Assembly: GCA_965215515.1 (NCBI GenBank)
Contig: OZ244057.1
Coordinates: forward strand, 480,001-544,000
DNA length: 64,000 nt
Source of the DNA: Oligoflexales bacterium
Lineage (GTDB): Bacteria > Bdellovibrionota_B > Oligoflexia > Oligoflexales > JAPPIL01
Direction: 5' to 3'
Numbering within the stretch: the stretch's first letter is position 1; each line of letters begins with the position of its first letter. A program made the position numbers and the translations under genes. The notes below the pieces were generated by a model. That model saw only the letters and a program-made list of their open reading frames with translations, was not told where the DNA came from and did no database searches. This document shows, one piece after another, positions 39,826 to 49,599 of the stretch.

Positions 39826-40977
39826 ATGGGGAGTATGATGAAATTTTTACTGACACTTACCTGCATCAGCATGGTGTGTTCCTGTCAAGAAGAGAAACAC
39901 GGAGAGGCGAGGTCTGCGCGCCAAGCGGAGGATGCCGCCGCGTCAGCAGCTGGCGGAGAAGAGGGGGATTGGCGTTATGCTAAATACAGATTCAGTCTTC
40001 AAGGCTATCATGATGTCGATACGGCGGTGCGGGTTTTGATTGAGAACAATGTGCCGACAAGATTTCAACTCAAGGATCTTACCGTGGGTAGAGAGGGTAG
40101 AGTAGTGGAGGAAGCTAACCTGAGCAAAGTAGATGTTGACAGCTCTGCTACCTCGTATGCCTTCACAGGCACGAGTGAGCTTGAGGAAGGAGATGGTGAA
40201 GATCACGGCGGCACTTACACAGGTGAAGTTACGCTAGATACAGATGGAACAGTGCCCGACGAAGGCTGTTGCGGGCTGCTAGAGTTTGTTCCCACGATCG
40301 CTGACAAGCTCATCTTTGTGGGCACAAAGCAAGGCGAAGGCTTTGGTGCGAAGGGATGGGGGGGGCTAGTCGTCAATGTTGCTGCTGATCCTGCTTCCGA
40401 TACCAGTACTGGCGGTGACGCTAATACTGGCAGTACTATCCCTGCTGCTGGTGCTATGGGGCAAGAATCCGAAGAACAAGAATCCGAAGAAGGAGAAGAA
40501 GAACCTGAAGATGATGGTAATGGACAGCAAACGAATGGTAAGGGAACATGCAGCGGATATCAGCTGGTGTTTGCAAAACAGCCCCCCAACTCAGTGCAAC
40601 GGACTCGTGCGGGAAAGCAGTTCGATATGCGGGTCGCGTTGTGGGACTGTGGTGGTGACATCGTCACAGACCACGACCCAGACTTGCGGGTTAAGCTGTG
40701 GTATAAGCACGATGGTACAGGGAAGTATAGAATCCATAGATGGCGAAGCTGCCCAGCTAAAGACTATGACAATATCGGTGCGATGAGCAACAGTGAGATT
40801 GCCAAGTGCCCAGGATTCAAGCTTTGGCGAGGACAACGCAAGTACAAGAAGATGTCATTTAGAGCGAAACACAACGTAGCTTTTACAAACTACCGCTACA
40901 AAGCTACGGTGACGGTCAATAGCATCGAGTACCACGCAGAGAGCAATGTGTTCGACGTTTTGAGGCATTCACCATAG
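39826..40977 (+). CDS. Putative surface lipoprotein with acidic linker and Ig-like C-terminal domain
   Basis: MMKFLLTLTCISMVCSC lipoprotein-like signal; 15-bp tandem duplication 40462-40491 (QESEE x2); QLVFAKQP..AG..V..D.GG Ig-like pattern. Confidence 0.7.
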   Translation: MGSMMKFLLTLTCISMVCSCQEEKHGEARSARQAEDAAASAAGGEEGDWRYAKYRFSLQGYHDVDTAVRVLIENNVPTRFQLKDLTVGREGRVVEEANLSKVDVDSSATSYAFTGTSELEEGDGEDHGGTYTGEVTLDTDGTVPDEGCCGLLEFVPTIADKLIFVGTKQGEGFGAKGWGGLVVNVAADPASDTSTGGDANTGSTIPAAGAMGQESEEQESEEGEEEPEDDGNGQQTNGKGTCSGYQLVFAKQPPNSVQRTRAGKQFDMRVALWDCGGDIVTDHDPDLRVKLWYKHDGTGKYRIHRWRSCPAKDYDNIGAMSNSEIAKCPGFKLWRGQRKYKKMSFRAKHNVAFTNYRYKATVTVNSIEYHAESNVFDVLRHSP

Positions 40978-41108
40978 CTTACCCTTACTGCCGATGACAT
41001 CGACAAGTTTGTTATCGGCAACCTCAGTGGATTTCATCTCTATCTTTCCTGAATATCATGCACACAAGAAAATCTACCGCGTGATCGCCTTGCCAGACAG
41101 TGATACTG

Positions 41109-41579
41109 TTATCCGCCGCCTTTGATACGCCGCTGTGCGAGTTTGATGTTTTTGTGAATAAACATCGGTTTGCCGTTGCGGAAATTGCGCGGTTCACGCG
41201 CCGCTTGTGTTAGTTTGTCCAGCGCCGCGCGGTTGTGGCTGTTTCGATAGCGCAACCCCAACTGAGTGATCGCCTCAGCACGGACAACCAACGCGGCATC
41301 TCGCAGACCATCCTGCATGATGCCCTGACAGTGCTGCATCTGGCTCAGCCCGCAGCTTTTCAGCCATAAGATACGCCATGCCCACGACCAGTCGGCAAAC
41401 ACAACGCCTCGCTGTTGGTGCTTTTCCCAGATATTCTTCTGTAATTCCAGACTGTTACGCAAAAAATACTGCCATTCTTGCGGCGTAGGGTTGCGTTTTA
41501 TGTTTATTTCCAGCGCCTTAAGCGACGAAGGAGTTAAACTTAACAGCGCTCCTGCCAGCACGTAGATCGCCCCTTTCAC
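41109..41579 (-). CDS. Secreted HEAT-repeat-like hypothetical protein
   Basis: AGGAG RBS before GTG 41579; signal peptide ..LAGALLSLTPSSLKA; GLRDAALVVRAEAITQLG. Confidence 0.65.
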   Translation of the reverse strand: MKGAIYVLAGALLSLTPSSLKALEINIKRNPTPQEWQYFLRNSLELQKNIWEKHQQRGVVFADWSWAWRILWLKSCGLSQMQHCQGIMQDGLRDAALVVRAEAITQLGLRYRNSHNRAALDKLTQAAREPRNFRNGKPMFIHKNIKLAQRRIKGGG

Positions 41580-41736
41580 AGCATAATCTCCTGAAATTAA
41601 AAGTAAAAACTTATATTTTGCGCACACGTTAAAGATATACTCTTCTCCAGCCGAAAACTGATGTGAGGGGAAATAATATGAGTTTTGTGGTAGCGGCACA
41701 TCGGGAGCGGTGTAATTTGAGGGGAAGGGTGGTGTT

Positions 41737-42366
41737 ATGAGTGACTTTAACTGGTATGTTTATCAATCGGGACAACAGATGGGGCCCTTCTCTGATGCGC
41801 AAGTGCGGCAACTGCTCGCTATTAAGATGGTAGCGCAGGATGCCTTTATTTTCAAGAATGGCTGGGACGATTGGCGGAGCATTAACGATGTCTTTGGCAA
41901 TGACGGCGGCGATGTCAGTTCCCCTCCCCCCGCGCCAGCTGCTTCCCAGCCGAGCGGTGGTGTAAGCAAGCACAAAGCGGAGTCAGATAGCGGTGCTGCG
42001 CCTAACGATCCGTCCGCACGACAGCAGATGCGCATGGCACGGGTAGGCATCAAGGGGCGAGTAATTGCTCACAATGATGGGCGGGTCGTTATTTCGGGTG
42101 GTATTAACATCTCAGCTTCGGGAATTTTTGTCGAAACCGAAGTTGAGAACACAGCTCCAGGGTTTCAGGTAGGAGAGCAGATTAAGTTGACGATTAAAGC
42201 AGATGACTTGAGTTATCCCTTTAATGTGGTCGCTGAAATGATGCGCTTTAACTCCGACAGCAGCAACCATCCTACTGGTTACGGGATGAAATTTGTAGAC
42301 CTACCCGTGGAGATTAAATCTGATATAGAGAGGCTGGCGGCAGCAGGAGAACGAAAGGCAGTTTGA
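41737..42366 (+). CDS. GYF_2 (DUF4339) plus PilZ domain protein
   Basis: WYV..GQQMGPFS..FKNGWDDW; RMARV and NISASGIFV..GYGMKF. Confidence 0.88.
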   Translation: MSDFNWYVYQSGQQMGPFSDAQVRQLLAIKMVAQDAFIFKNGWDDWRSINDVFGNDGGDVSSPPPAPAASQPSGGVSKHKAESDSGAAPNDPSARQQMRMARVGIKGRVIAHNDGRVVISGGINISASGIFVETEVENTAPGFQVGEQIKLTIKADDLSYPFNVVAEMMRFNSDSSNHPTGYGMKFVDLPVEIKSDIERLAAAGERKAV

Positions 42367-43583
42367 TGGGTAAGCTGATTACCATCAAGAGAACTTGGGG
42401 TCGAGTGACTGCACTGCACGATGCCTGTGCACTGATCGATCGGGGTGTCGTTCTGCAACGCAAGGATGCAAGACGAGTGATCGCTCGTTTCGATGCCGAA
42501 GCACAACATACCATCATCGCACGCTTTGCTGCTACTTTCTGTGCCAACCTATCCTCCTGGTCTATGGCAGAACGCACGGTTGAAAGTTTGCTCGTGTGGT
42601 TCACTTGGTCAAGAGACGATAGGGCGGTGCATGTTTTTATCGCTAAGATATGTGCTCAAGAAAATTTTCGCCGCGCTTGCTGGGTATTAACGGAAGTGGC
42701 ACTGTCTGACGAAATAAGCCAGCTTGAAGACGGCGAGCGTATTTTTGCCACGGCGGTGTCTTTTATCTGCGAATTGGGTCGTGCTCTGCACGGAGAAGAA
42801 AGCAAAGGTAAAATTTCCAGCCATGACCTACTGTGGAATCATTTGGCCACCTGGTTATCATCGCTCAGCAGCATCAACAGCGGAGCGATAAGATTATCGC
42901 TGCTCAGTTACTTCGGTGCGATGAGCAGTACAGAAACGGGCAAAAAATTTTTTAATCGTATTATGCGTCGTTTTGGTTACACGGCGCTTAATCACTTGTT
43001 TTTTCTCTTATTCAATCGCAAAAGTGAAGCGATGGCACTGGAGTATATGTTGCGTAATCTTCCCTGGGTACTGGGTGGCGATTATTTTGCCCAAGAAACG
43101 CTGGGGGCAATTTTGCAACACTACATGTATCGTTACCCTGAACGTTCCTTGTTATTTTTGCGCACTTTTACCGACGAATTATTCGCCCGTCCTCCTGCCA
43201 ACGACGTGACCAAACGTGCGTGGCAACGAGAGGTCAGACAGTCTTTGCTCAGGCATCTGGCCTCGCTTTATCTTGTCATTTCCAAAATCAATCAACGTCC
43301 TCTCGTGCCAGATTTTATCGAGGTGCTGAACAGGTTTAGAGGTGAGAAAGCTTTCTCCGAGACGCTGAGTACACTGCGCAATACTAGAGCACTTAAACCC
43401 TATTTTCGTTCATGGCTTGCTCTTGCCGTGCGTGATGACATCAAAATTTACGTCTCCAGACCCGCGCGCAAACGCGGTCGCCGTCCCTCCTTTGCCAGAA
43501 CAAAAAAAACTGGTCTGTCTACCTTGGAGATGGTTGCTTCTCTGTGTGACAACGATATTGTTAGAGAAAGAAAAGCATCTTAG
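42363..43583 (+). CDS. Hypothetical alpha-helical protein
   Basis: 406-aa ORF overlapping the previous stop; basic C-terminus RKRGRRPSF. Confidence 0.7.
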   Translation: MMGKLITIKRTWGRVTALHDACALIDRGVVLQRKDARRVIARFDAEAQHTIIARFAATFCANLSSWSMAERTVESLLVWFTWSRDDRAVHVFIAKICAQENFRRACWVLTEVALSDEISQLEDGERIFATAVSFICELGRALHGEESKGKISSHDLLWNHLATWLSSLSSINSGAIRLSLLSYFGAMSSTETGKKFFNRIMRRFGYTALNHLFFLLFNRKSEAMALEYMLRNLPWVLGGDYFAQETLGAILQHYMYRYPERSLLFLRTFTDELFARPPANDVTKRAWQREVRQSLLRHLASLYLVISKINQRPLVPDFIEVLNRFRGEKAFSETLSTLRNTRALKPYFRSWLALAVRDDIKIYVSRPARKRGRRPSFARTKKTGLSTLEMVASLCDNDIVRERKAS

Positions 43584-43629
43584 GGTTGAGGGGTGTGAAG
43601 TTGTCAGTTCAGCTTGTTTGTGAGTATAC

Positions 43630-45243
43630 TTGTTGTTAGGAAATGAGGTGGTGTGCGTGCTGTTGGCATTAAGGTGTTTTTGTCTATTTTTGTATCTGTT
43701 AACAGTCAGTTACTCCTGTATAATGAGACCCTCTGCCTCGTGGCCCGAAGCGCCGAACACCCGCGAAGCTCGCGAACAGGAGGCTTTTTTTAACAGCCAC
43801 TGGTGGGATGATGCTTATGTTATGAAATTCAGTGACCTGCCCTCTCGCGGTAAGGCACGCAGACAACCTTACTCAGGGTACTGGTATCCATACAATAAGG
43901 GCGGCACGGCAACGGTACTTGCTCACGGCGGGGAAACGGCTTTGCGGAAGTATGACCGAGCCTTCGGCACGAAGGCGCTAAGCTGGGAGCAAAGATACCA
44001 CAGCGACGCTAATGCACCCCGATGGACGGGACACTGCCACGGCTTTGCCGCTGCGTCACAACTTCTCCCAGCACCGCTCACTAAGGTAACGAAAGGTGGG
44101 GTAACCTTTACCCCTGCTGAGATCAAAACCTTGCTGGCAGAGCTGCATGCACACGCGGAGATGCACATGCTTGGCGGGCGGCGGTGTAACAATGTCAACA
44201 TGCAGAATGCCATCCGTGGGGTAGGTAGCACATTATGTCCTCCGGGTTTTATAAGCACTATGACGGCGAACCGCAGTCTCGTCTGCATCCCCGCGAAAGA
44301 CCTTTCTACACAGGAGTTGAACAGCTGCGAAGATGTCAACGCGGGCACGTTTCATCTTGCCCTAGCCAATTGGGTGGGTAGACGCGAGCAGATTATTTTG
44401 TTTGATGAGGAATCTGGCCAACAGGTTTGGAACTATCCGTTATTCGAGTATACCGTGGGGGACAAGTCTGGGTATATCAGCAAAGAAAACGCACTGCGTC
44501 TCGTATCTCAATACCATAGACCTGCTCAGCCGCGGGGCTACTACCCATTCAACAGAAAGGCAACTTCTTTTTATTATACCGAGATGCATGTTTCCTATGC
44601 CAAATCCGTTGACGAAACCGATGCGGGAGAACTACATGTAGGAGGCAAAGTTTATACCTATATCTTGGAAATAGACAACTTCGGTGACATCGTGGGTGGC
44701 GAATGGGTGGGAAATAGCTATCGTGATCACCCTGATTTTTTGTGGATTGCCCTTGAGCCACGACAGTCACTTACCGAGGATGAGGCAAGACAGAGGCTTC
44801 TTCCCCACGCTTTCCAGATTTATCGCAACACGGTAAGAACACGTTCTAATCCCTACCTTCAGGTTGACACCGTGCTGGATCTCTGGGCAGCATCGATTGG
44901 AGAGGAGCCAGGGTACAGGCTCGACCCGATCGAGTTACCTGACCATAGTGCTGCTTGGGGACGAGGCAAAGGGCAGCGTTTTAGTGTTTTGTTGGATGGC
45001 GACATCAATGGCAGTGTTTTTTTGGGTAAAGAGATCGCTCTTACCGTTACTTTGATGGATGCACAGGATCGCGATAGTGTGCAGGTAAGTGTTAATAACA
45101 GCACTATCGAACCTGACAGCCGTAGCAACTTAGTGCTTAATTTTGTGGTGTCCCCTCGCCCTGGCCTCAATATTCTGCGTATTGCTTTTGATGATACTGG
45201 TAGCTCTGGAGAGGAAAAATTTATTTTCCACGCCGTGTTGTAG
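43630..45243 (+). CDS. Transglutaminase-elicitor-family secreted protein
   Basis: PYSGYWYP, KYDRAF, WTGHCHGFAAAS (catalytic Cys), DVNAGTFH, QVWNYP, GGEW..HPDFLW; start uncertain. Confidence 0.8.
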   Translation: MLLGNEVVCVLLALRCFCLFLYLLTVSYSCIMRPSASWPEAPNTREAREQEAFFNSHWWDDAYVMKFSDLPSRGKARRQPYSGYWYPYNKGGTATVLAHGGETALRKYDRAFGTKALSWEQRYHSDANAPRWTGHCHGFAAASQLLPAPLTKVTKGGVTFTPAEIKTLLAELHAHAEMHMLGGRRCNNVNMQNAIRGVGSTLCPPGFISTMTANRSLVCIPAKDLSTQELNSCEDVNAGTFHLALANWVGRREQIILFDEESGQQVWNYPLFEYTVGDKSGYISKENALRLVSQYHRPAQPRGYYPFNRKATSFYYTEMHVSYAKSVDETDAGELHVGGKVYTYILEIDNFGDIVGGEWVGNSYRDHPDFLWIALEPRQSLTEDEARQRLLPHAFQIYRNTVRTRSNPYLQVDTVLDLWAASIGEEPGYRLDPIELPDHSAAWGRGKGQRFSVLLDGDINGSVFLGKEIALTVTLMDAQDRDSVQVSVNNSTIEPDSRSNLVLNFVVSPRPGLNILRIAFDDTGSSGEEKFIFHAVL

Positions 45244-45374
45244 TTAGTCGCCAGCACTACCCCATGACTTCCTTTCTTTGTAAGAACACAAACCATCGCC
45301 GATAATTGATCTAATTTTATCCAGTTAAATCACCGCCGACAAAGAATGAGCTTAACTGTAGCCACCTTTTTCCG

Positions 45375-47111
45375 ATGGCGCGAGCGGGACGTTGTGATAA
45401 ACGAAATATAGCATCGGCTGTGATAGAAAAGAGTTTGGCAAAAAAATTAGCAGAAAACGGTCTTTCTGAGCAAGATTTGGTGGCCGCGCACGCACGCATC
45501 AAGGAGCAGGGTGTCTCGTTGATGTACGCCCTGGAGCATACGGGTAAAATTGACGAGCAGCGTTTATTGTCTATCATGTCTGAATATTACCGAACACCCA
45601 AAGTAGATCTGAGTAAAATGAATCTGCAATCTGCTGTGATTAGCCTCATTCCCGCATCGTTAGCAGAGGGTTTTCGGATCATCCCTATCGATCGATTAGG
45701 CAACAGCATTATGATTGCAACAGGAAATCCTAGGAACTTATCGGTCACTGAAAAAGTGCGTTTTGCAACGGGCTATTTTGCACAACTTGTACTCGCTTCG
45801 GAAAGTGCTCTGTCAACAGCACTGCAAAAATACTACCCCTCTAAAAAAGCTTTGGCATCCGAAAAAAAAAGCAAAGTAGCAAGTAAAAATGTGTTATTGA
45901 AAGATAGAATTATCATTCAAACACGAGGAGCGAGCTACGATAGCAAAGTAGTAGAATTAGCTGATAGTGTGCTAACAAAATGTTTTCAACTGGGAGCATC
46001 TGATATTCACGTTGAACCATACGCAGACCACACACGTATCAGACTGAGAATAGATGGTACGCTTACAGAAGCCGCACGAGTTGAATCCGATCAGCAAAGT
46101 GCTCTGATCGCACGCTATAAAGTAATGAGCAGCATGGATATTTCCGAAACAAGATTGCCACAGGATAGTAGCCTCACAGTTGCAATTGATAACGTGCCAC
46201 TCGATTTTCGCGTCAGCACCATGCCCACAATATATGGGGAAAAAATCGTCATGCGTCTTTTGGATCAGTCAGGATTAAAAGTGGATATGGGTGATCTGGG
46301 CTTTGAAAAAAAAGAATTGGATATATTCCATTCTGCCATTCATAGACCCTGGGGTATTGTACTAGTAACAGGGCCGACTGGTTCAGGCAAGACAACAACA
46401 CTGTATTCTGCTCTATCTGAGCTTAACAATGTCGAAGTAAACATCCTTACTGCTGAAGATCCAGTTGAATACAATATCGAAGGGATCAACCAGGTGGAAA
46501 TTAAAACCAAAATTGATTTTAATTTTGCCAAAATTTTGCGATCTTTTTTGCGCCAAGATCCTGATGTGATTATGGTAGGTGAGATAAGGGATGTAGAAAC
46601 TGCTTCTATTGCTGTCAACGCTGCCCTAACAGGGCACTTGGTAATGTCAACCTTGCACACCAATAATTCGTACGAAACCATAACCCGTTTGCTCAACATG
46701 GGAGTTAGGCCTCATGAACTTGTAGGTGCACTGCTATGCATTGTTGCACAACGCTTGATGCGTAAACTTTGTCAAGAATGCAAGATTGTCGATGAAAACG
46801 CTACTCCTGCCTATCTTGTCAGCCTAGGTATTCGCAAAGAGTATGCTCACAAAATTAAAGTTTATAAAGGAAAGGGATGTATCTTTTGTAAAAATATGGG
46901 GTTCAAAGGACGTGTTGCCATTCATGAGGTTTTACGCATGACTTCAAAGCTCCACGACGCTATCGTGCAAAACGCATCCGCAGCAGAACTGAAACAAGTT
47001 GGTATCAGCACTGGCATGCGTACCCTGCGACAAGCAGCCCTGATAAAGATGGCAAACGGCATTGTCTCCGCCGCAGAAGTAGTAAAAGTTACCATTTCAG
47101 ATACCGATTAG
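45375..47111 (+). CDS. pilB: Type IV pilus assembly ATPase PilB
   Basis: ASDIHVEP, GPTGSGKTTTLY, AEDPVE, LRQDPDVIMVGEIRD, TGHLVMSTLHTN, CQEC..CIFC; start may be GTG 45420. Confidence 0.93.
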   Translation: MARAGRCDKRNIASAVIEKSLAKKLAENGLSEQDLVAAHARIKEQGVSLMYALEHTGKIDEQRLLSIMSEYYRTPKVDLSKMNLQSAVISLIPASLAEGFRIIPIDRLGNSIMIATGNPRNLSVTEKVRFATGYFAQLVLASESALSTALQKYYPSKKALASEKKSKVASKNVLLKDRIIIQTRGASYDSKVVELADSVLTKCFQLGASDIHVEPYADHTRIRLRIDGTLTEAARVESDQQSALIARYKVMSSMDISETRLPQDSSLTVAIDNVPLDFRVSTMPTIYGEKIVMRLLDQSGLKVDMGDLGFEKKELDIFHSAIHRPWGIVLVTGPTGSGKTTTLYSALSELNNVEVNILTAEDPVEYNIEGINQVEIKTKIDFNFAKILRSFLRQDPDVIMVGEIRDVETASIAVNAALTGHLVMSTLHTNNSYETITRLLNMGVRPHELVGALLCIVAQRLMRKLCQECKIVDENATPAYLVSLGIRKEYAHKIKVYKGKGCIFCKNMGFKGRVAIHEVLRMTSKLHDAIVQNASAAELKQVGISTGMRTLRQAALIKMANGIVSAAEVVKVTISDTD

Positions 47112-47120
47112 AGGAAAGCC

Positions 47121-48215
47121 ATGAACTACACCCTAACTCAACTTTTAGAAACTCTTGTACTACAAAAGGGCAGCGACTTACATTTATCTGTTGCTTCACC
47201 GCCGCGCTTTAGAATCGACGGCAAACTGCATCCAATCAACGTCGATAACTTAACCTCACAAGACGTAGGCGAGTTATGTTACAGTGTGTTAACCGAAGAA
47301 CAGAAAAAAAATCTCGAAGTCGATAATGAGATAGACTTTTCTTTCTCAGTTGAAGGCATAGGACGTTTTCGTGCCAACGTTTTTTTACAAAAAGAAACCA
47401 TTGCAGGTGTTTTTCGTGCCGTTCCTCTGGCTATCAAATCGCTGGAAGAACTTGGTTTACCCCCCGTATTCAGAGCATTGGCAAGCACTCCACGCGGTTT
47501 AGTGTTAGTGACAGGGCCAACAGGGTCAGGGAAATCAACTACACTGGCAGCAATGGTCGACTTCATCAATAGAGACCGTCGCGATCATATTATGACTATC
47601 GAAGATCCAATTGAATTTTTACATTCTTCCAAAAAATGTCTAGTTAATCAACGTGAGGTAGGCAAAGATACTAAATCATTTCAACGCGCTTTGAAAAGCG
47701 TTCTTCGCCAAGATCCTGACGTTGTGCTGATCGGAGAGTTGCGCGATCTAGAGTCAACCATGCAAGCTGTAACTGTCGCTGAAACAGGACACCTTGTCCT
47801 CGGCACGTTGCACACTAACTCTGCTGTCACCTCCCTCAATCGTCTCATCGATATTTTTCCTTCTGAACAACAACCGATGATAAGAACACAACTAGCACTT
47901 AATCTCAGTGCTGTCGTCTCACAGCTGTTAATCCCCTCCATCAAAGGAGGAAGAGCACTAGCACTGGAGATTATGATTCCTAACATCGCTATCCGTAGCT
48001 TGATTCGTGAAAACAAAATTCACCAGTTATACTCTGCCATACAAATCGGGCAAGAACAAACAAGAATGCAGACGATGAACCAATCACTGTTAGCATTATG
48101 GGAAAGTAACATTATCTCTTATGAAGAAGCCTTGAGCAAAAGTTCTAGCCCAGATGAATTATTGGGCATGATGGAAGAATCTCCTCAGTGGCAAGCTAAA
48201 AACACAAAGGGGTAG
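47121..48215 (+). CDS. pilT: Type IV pilus retraction ATPase PilT
   Basis: SDLHL, GPTGSGKSTTLA, IEDPIE, LRQDPD, AETGHL, AIRSLIRE. Confidence 0.95.
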   Translation: MNYTLTQLLETLVLQKGSDLHLSVASPPRFRIDGKLHPINVDNLTSQDVGELCYSVLTEEQKKNLEVDNEIDFSFSVEGIGRFRANVFLQKETIAGVFRAVPLAIKSLEELGLPPVFRALASTPRGLVLVTGPTGSGKSTTLAAMVDFINRDRRDHIMTIEDPIEFLHSSKKCLVNQREVGKDTKSFQRALKSVLRQDPDVVLIGELRDLESTMQAVTVAETGHLVLGTLHTNSAVTSLNRLIDIFPSEQQPMIRTQLALNLSAVVSQLLIPSIKGGRALALEIMIPNIAIRSLIRENKIHQLYSAIQIGQEQTRMQTMNQSLLALWESNIISYEEALSKSSSPDELLGMMEESPQWQAKNTKG

Positions 48216-48222
48216 TTAATAA

Positions 48223-49491
48223 GTGGTCGCCTATAGTTACAAAGCACGTGATCGTAACGGACATCTGCGTTATGGAGAAATTGAAGCTGACTCGAAAAAT
48301 TTCGTCAGAGTACAGCTACGCCGTATGCGCCTAGTCCCCCTCTCTATAAAAGCAGAACAAATTTCCGCACGATCGAATACACCCCGCCTCTCACTGGAAT
48401 TCTTCTATTACAAAGACAAAAATGGACAACTACAGCTTCGTTTGGGCTACGAATGGCCAAAAACGCGCGAGCTCGCCATCTTCTCCCGTCAATTTTCTTC
48501 CATGTTGTCAAGTGGCGTAGCAATGATGAAATGCTTGGAAATATTACGCGAGCAACAAAAGCTACGCGAATTCGGCATAGCAATCGAAACCATTCGTCGC
48601 GAAGTGGAGAGCGGCAAATCTCTCGGAGAAAGCTTAGAACTATATCCAAACGTCTTCAAGCCACTCTACGTTGCCATGGTTAAAATCGGCGAAACCAGCG
48701 GCAGCCTCGATGCAATTATGCGTAAACTCAGTGAATATCTTGATAAAATTTCCAAAATTATTAGCCAGATAAAATCGGCCCTGTACTACCCTGTAATCGT
48801 AGTGATTATGTCCATCTCCATCATTGTCGGTATGCTGGTTTATGTCGTACCAGTGTTTGCCAAACAATTTCAAAGTGCGGGACACGAGCTACCCGCTCTG
48901 ACACGCTGGGTAATCTCGTTTTCCGACTTTCTCCGCGACTACTATGTTATATTTGTCCCCATCCTAGTAGGTATTGCCATCGGCATCAGGATGCTATTAA
49001 AGACAGAACAAGGGAAGAGATTTTATGATAAGTATATGATGAAAATGCCCGCAATTGGCAAACTTATTCATAAAACGGTGGTTGCCAGGTTCTGCTACAC
49101 CCTCTCGGCCACGCTGTCTGGTGGTGTTAATATGCTCGATTCTTTGCTGATCTGTGCCGCGTCCGCAGATAACAAGATCGTCGAAGAAAATATCGTGGCA
49201 GTAAAAAACAAAGTGGAAGTGGGCGCAACTCTGTCAGACTCAATGCGGGAAACAATCATCTTCCCCAGTATGGTTACCTCTATGATCGAAGTCGGCGAAC
49301 AAACAGGCGCATTGGACGCGATGTTAGCCAAAATTGCCGAAATTTTCGAAGAAGAAGTCGAAGAACAAGTTAAAGCACTGTTGTCGTTGATCGAACCGCT
49401 AACCATCGTCGTCATCGGTGTCTGCATCGGCTTCATCGTTACCGCCATGTACCTACCCATCTTCGACATGGCAAAAACTGTCGGCGGATAG
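48223..49491 (+). CDS. pilC: Type IV pilus platform protein PilC (GspF family)
   Basis: FSRQFSSML, GETSGSL, ALYYP, GEQTGALD, LIEP..AMYLPIF. Confidence 0.93.
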   Translation: MVAYSYKARDRNGHLRYGEIEADSKNFVRVQLRRMRLVPLSIKAEQISARSNTPRLSLEFFYYKDKNGQLQLRLGYEWPKTRELAIFSRQFSSMLSSGVAMMKCLEILREQQKLREFGIAIETIRREVESGKSLGESLELYPNVFKPLYVAMVKIGETSGSLDAIMRKLSEYLDKISKIISQIKSALYYPVIVVIMSISIIVGMLVYVVPVFAKQFQSAGHELPALTRWVISFSDFLRDYYVIFVPILVGIAIGIRMLLKTEQGKRFYDKYMMKMPAIGKLIHKTVVARFCYTLSATLSGGVNMLDSLLICAASADNKIVEENIVAVKNKVEVGATLSDSMRETIIFPSMVTSMIEVGEQTGALDAMLAKIAEIFEEEVEEQVKALLSLIEPLTIVVIGVCIGFIVTAMYLPIFDMAKTVGG

Positions 49492-49599
49492 GTTGGCAAA
49501 AAAAACTAGCTAAGTTAAACTGCCGCGCAGCGCAGGAACAGGAAAACGACAGGGAGTCGGTGAACCACATACCGCAACAACCGCTGGGCAAAATACCCC

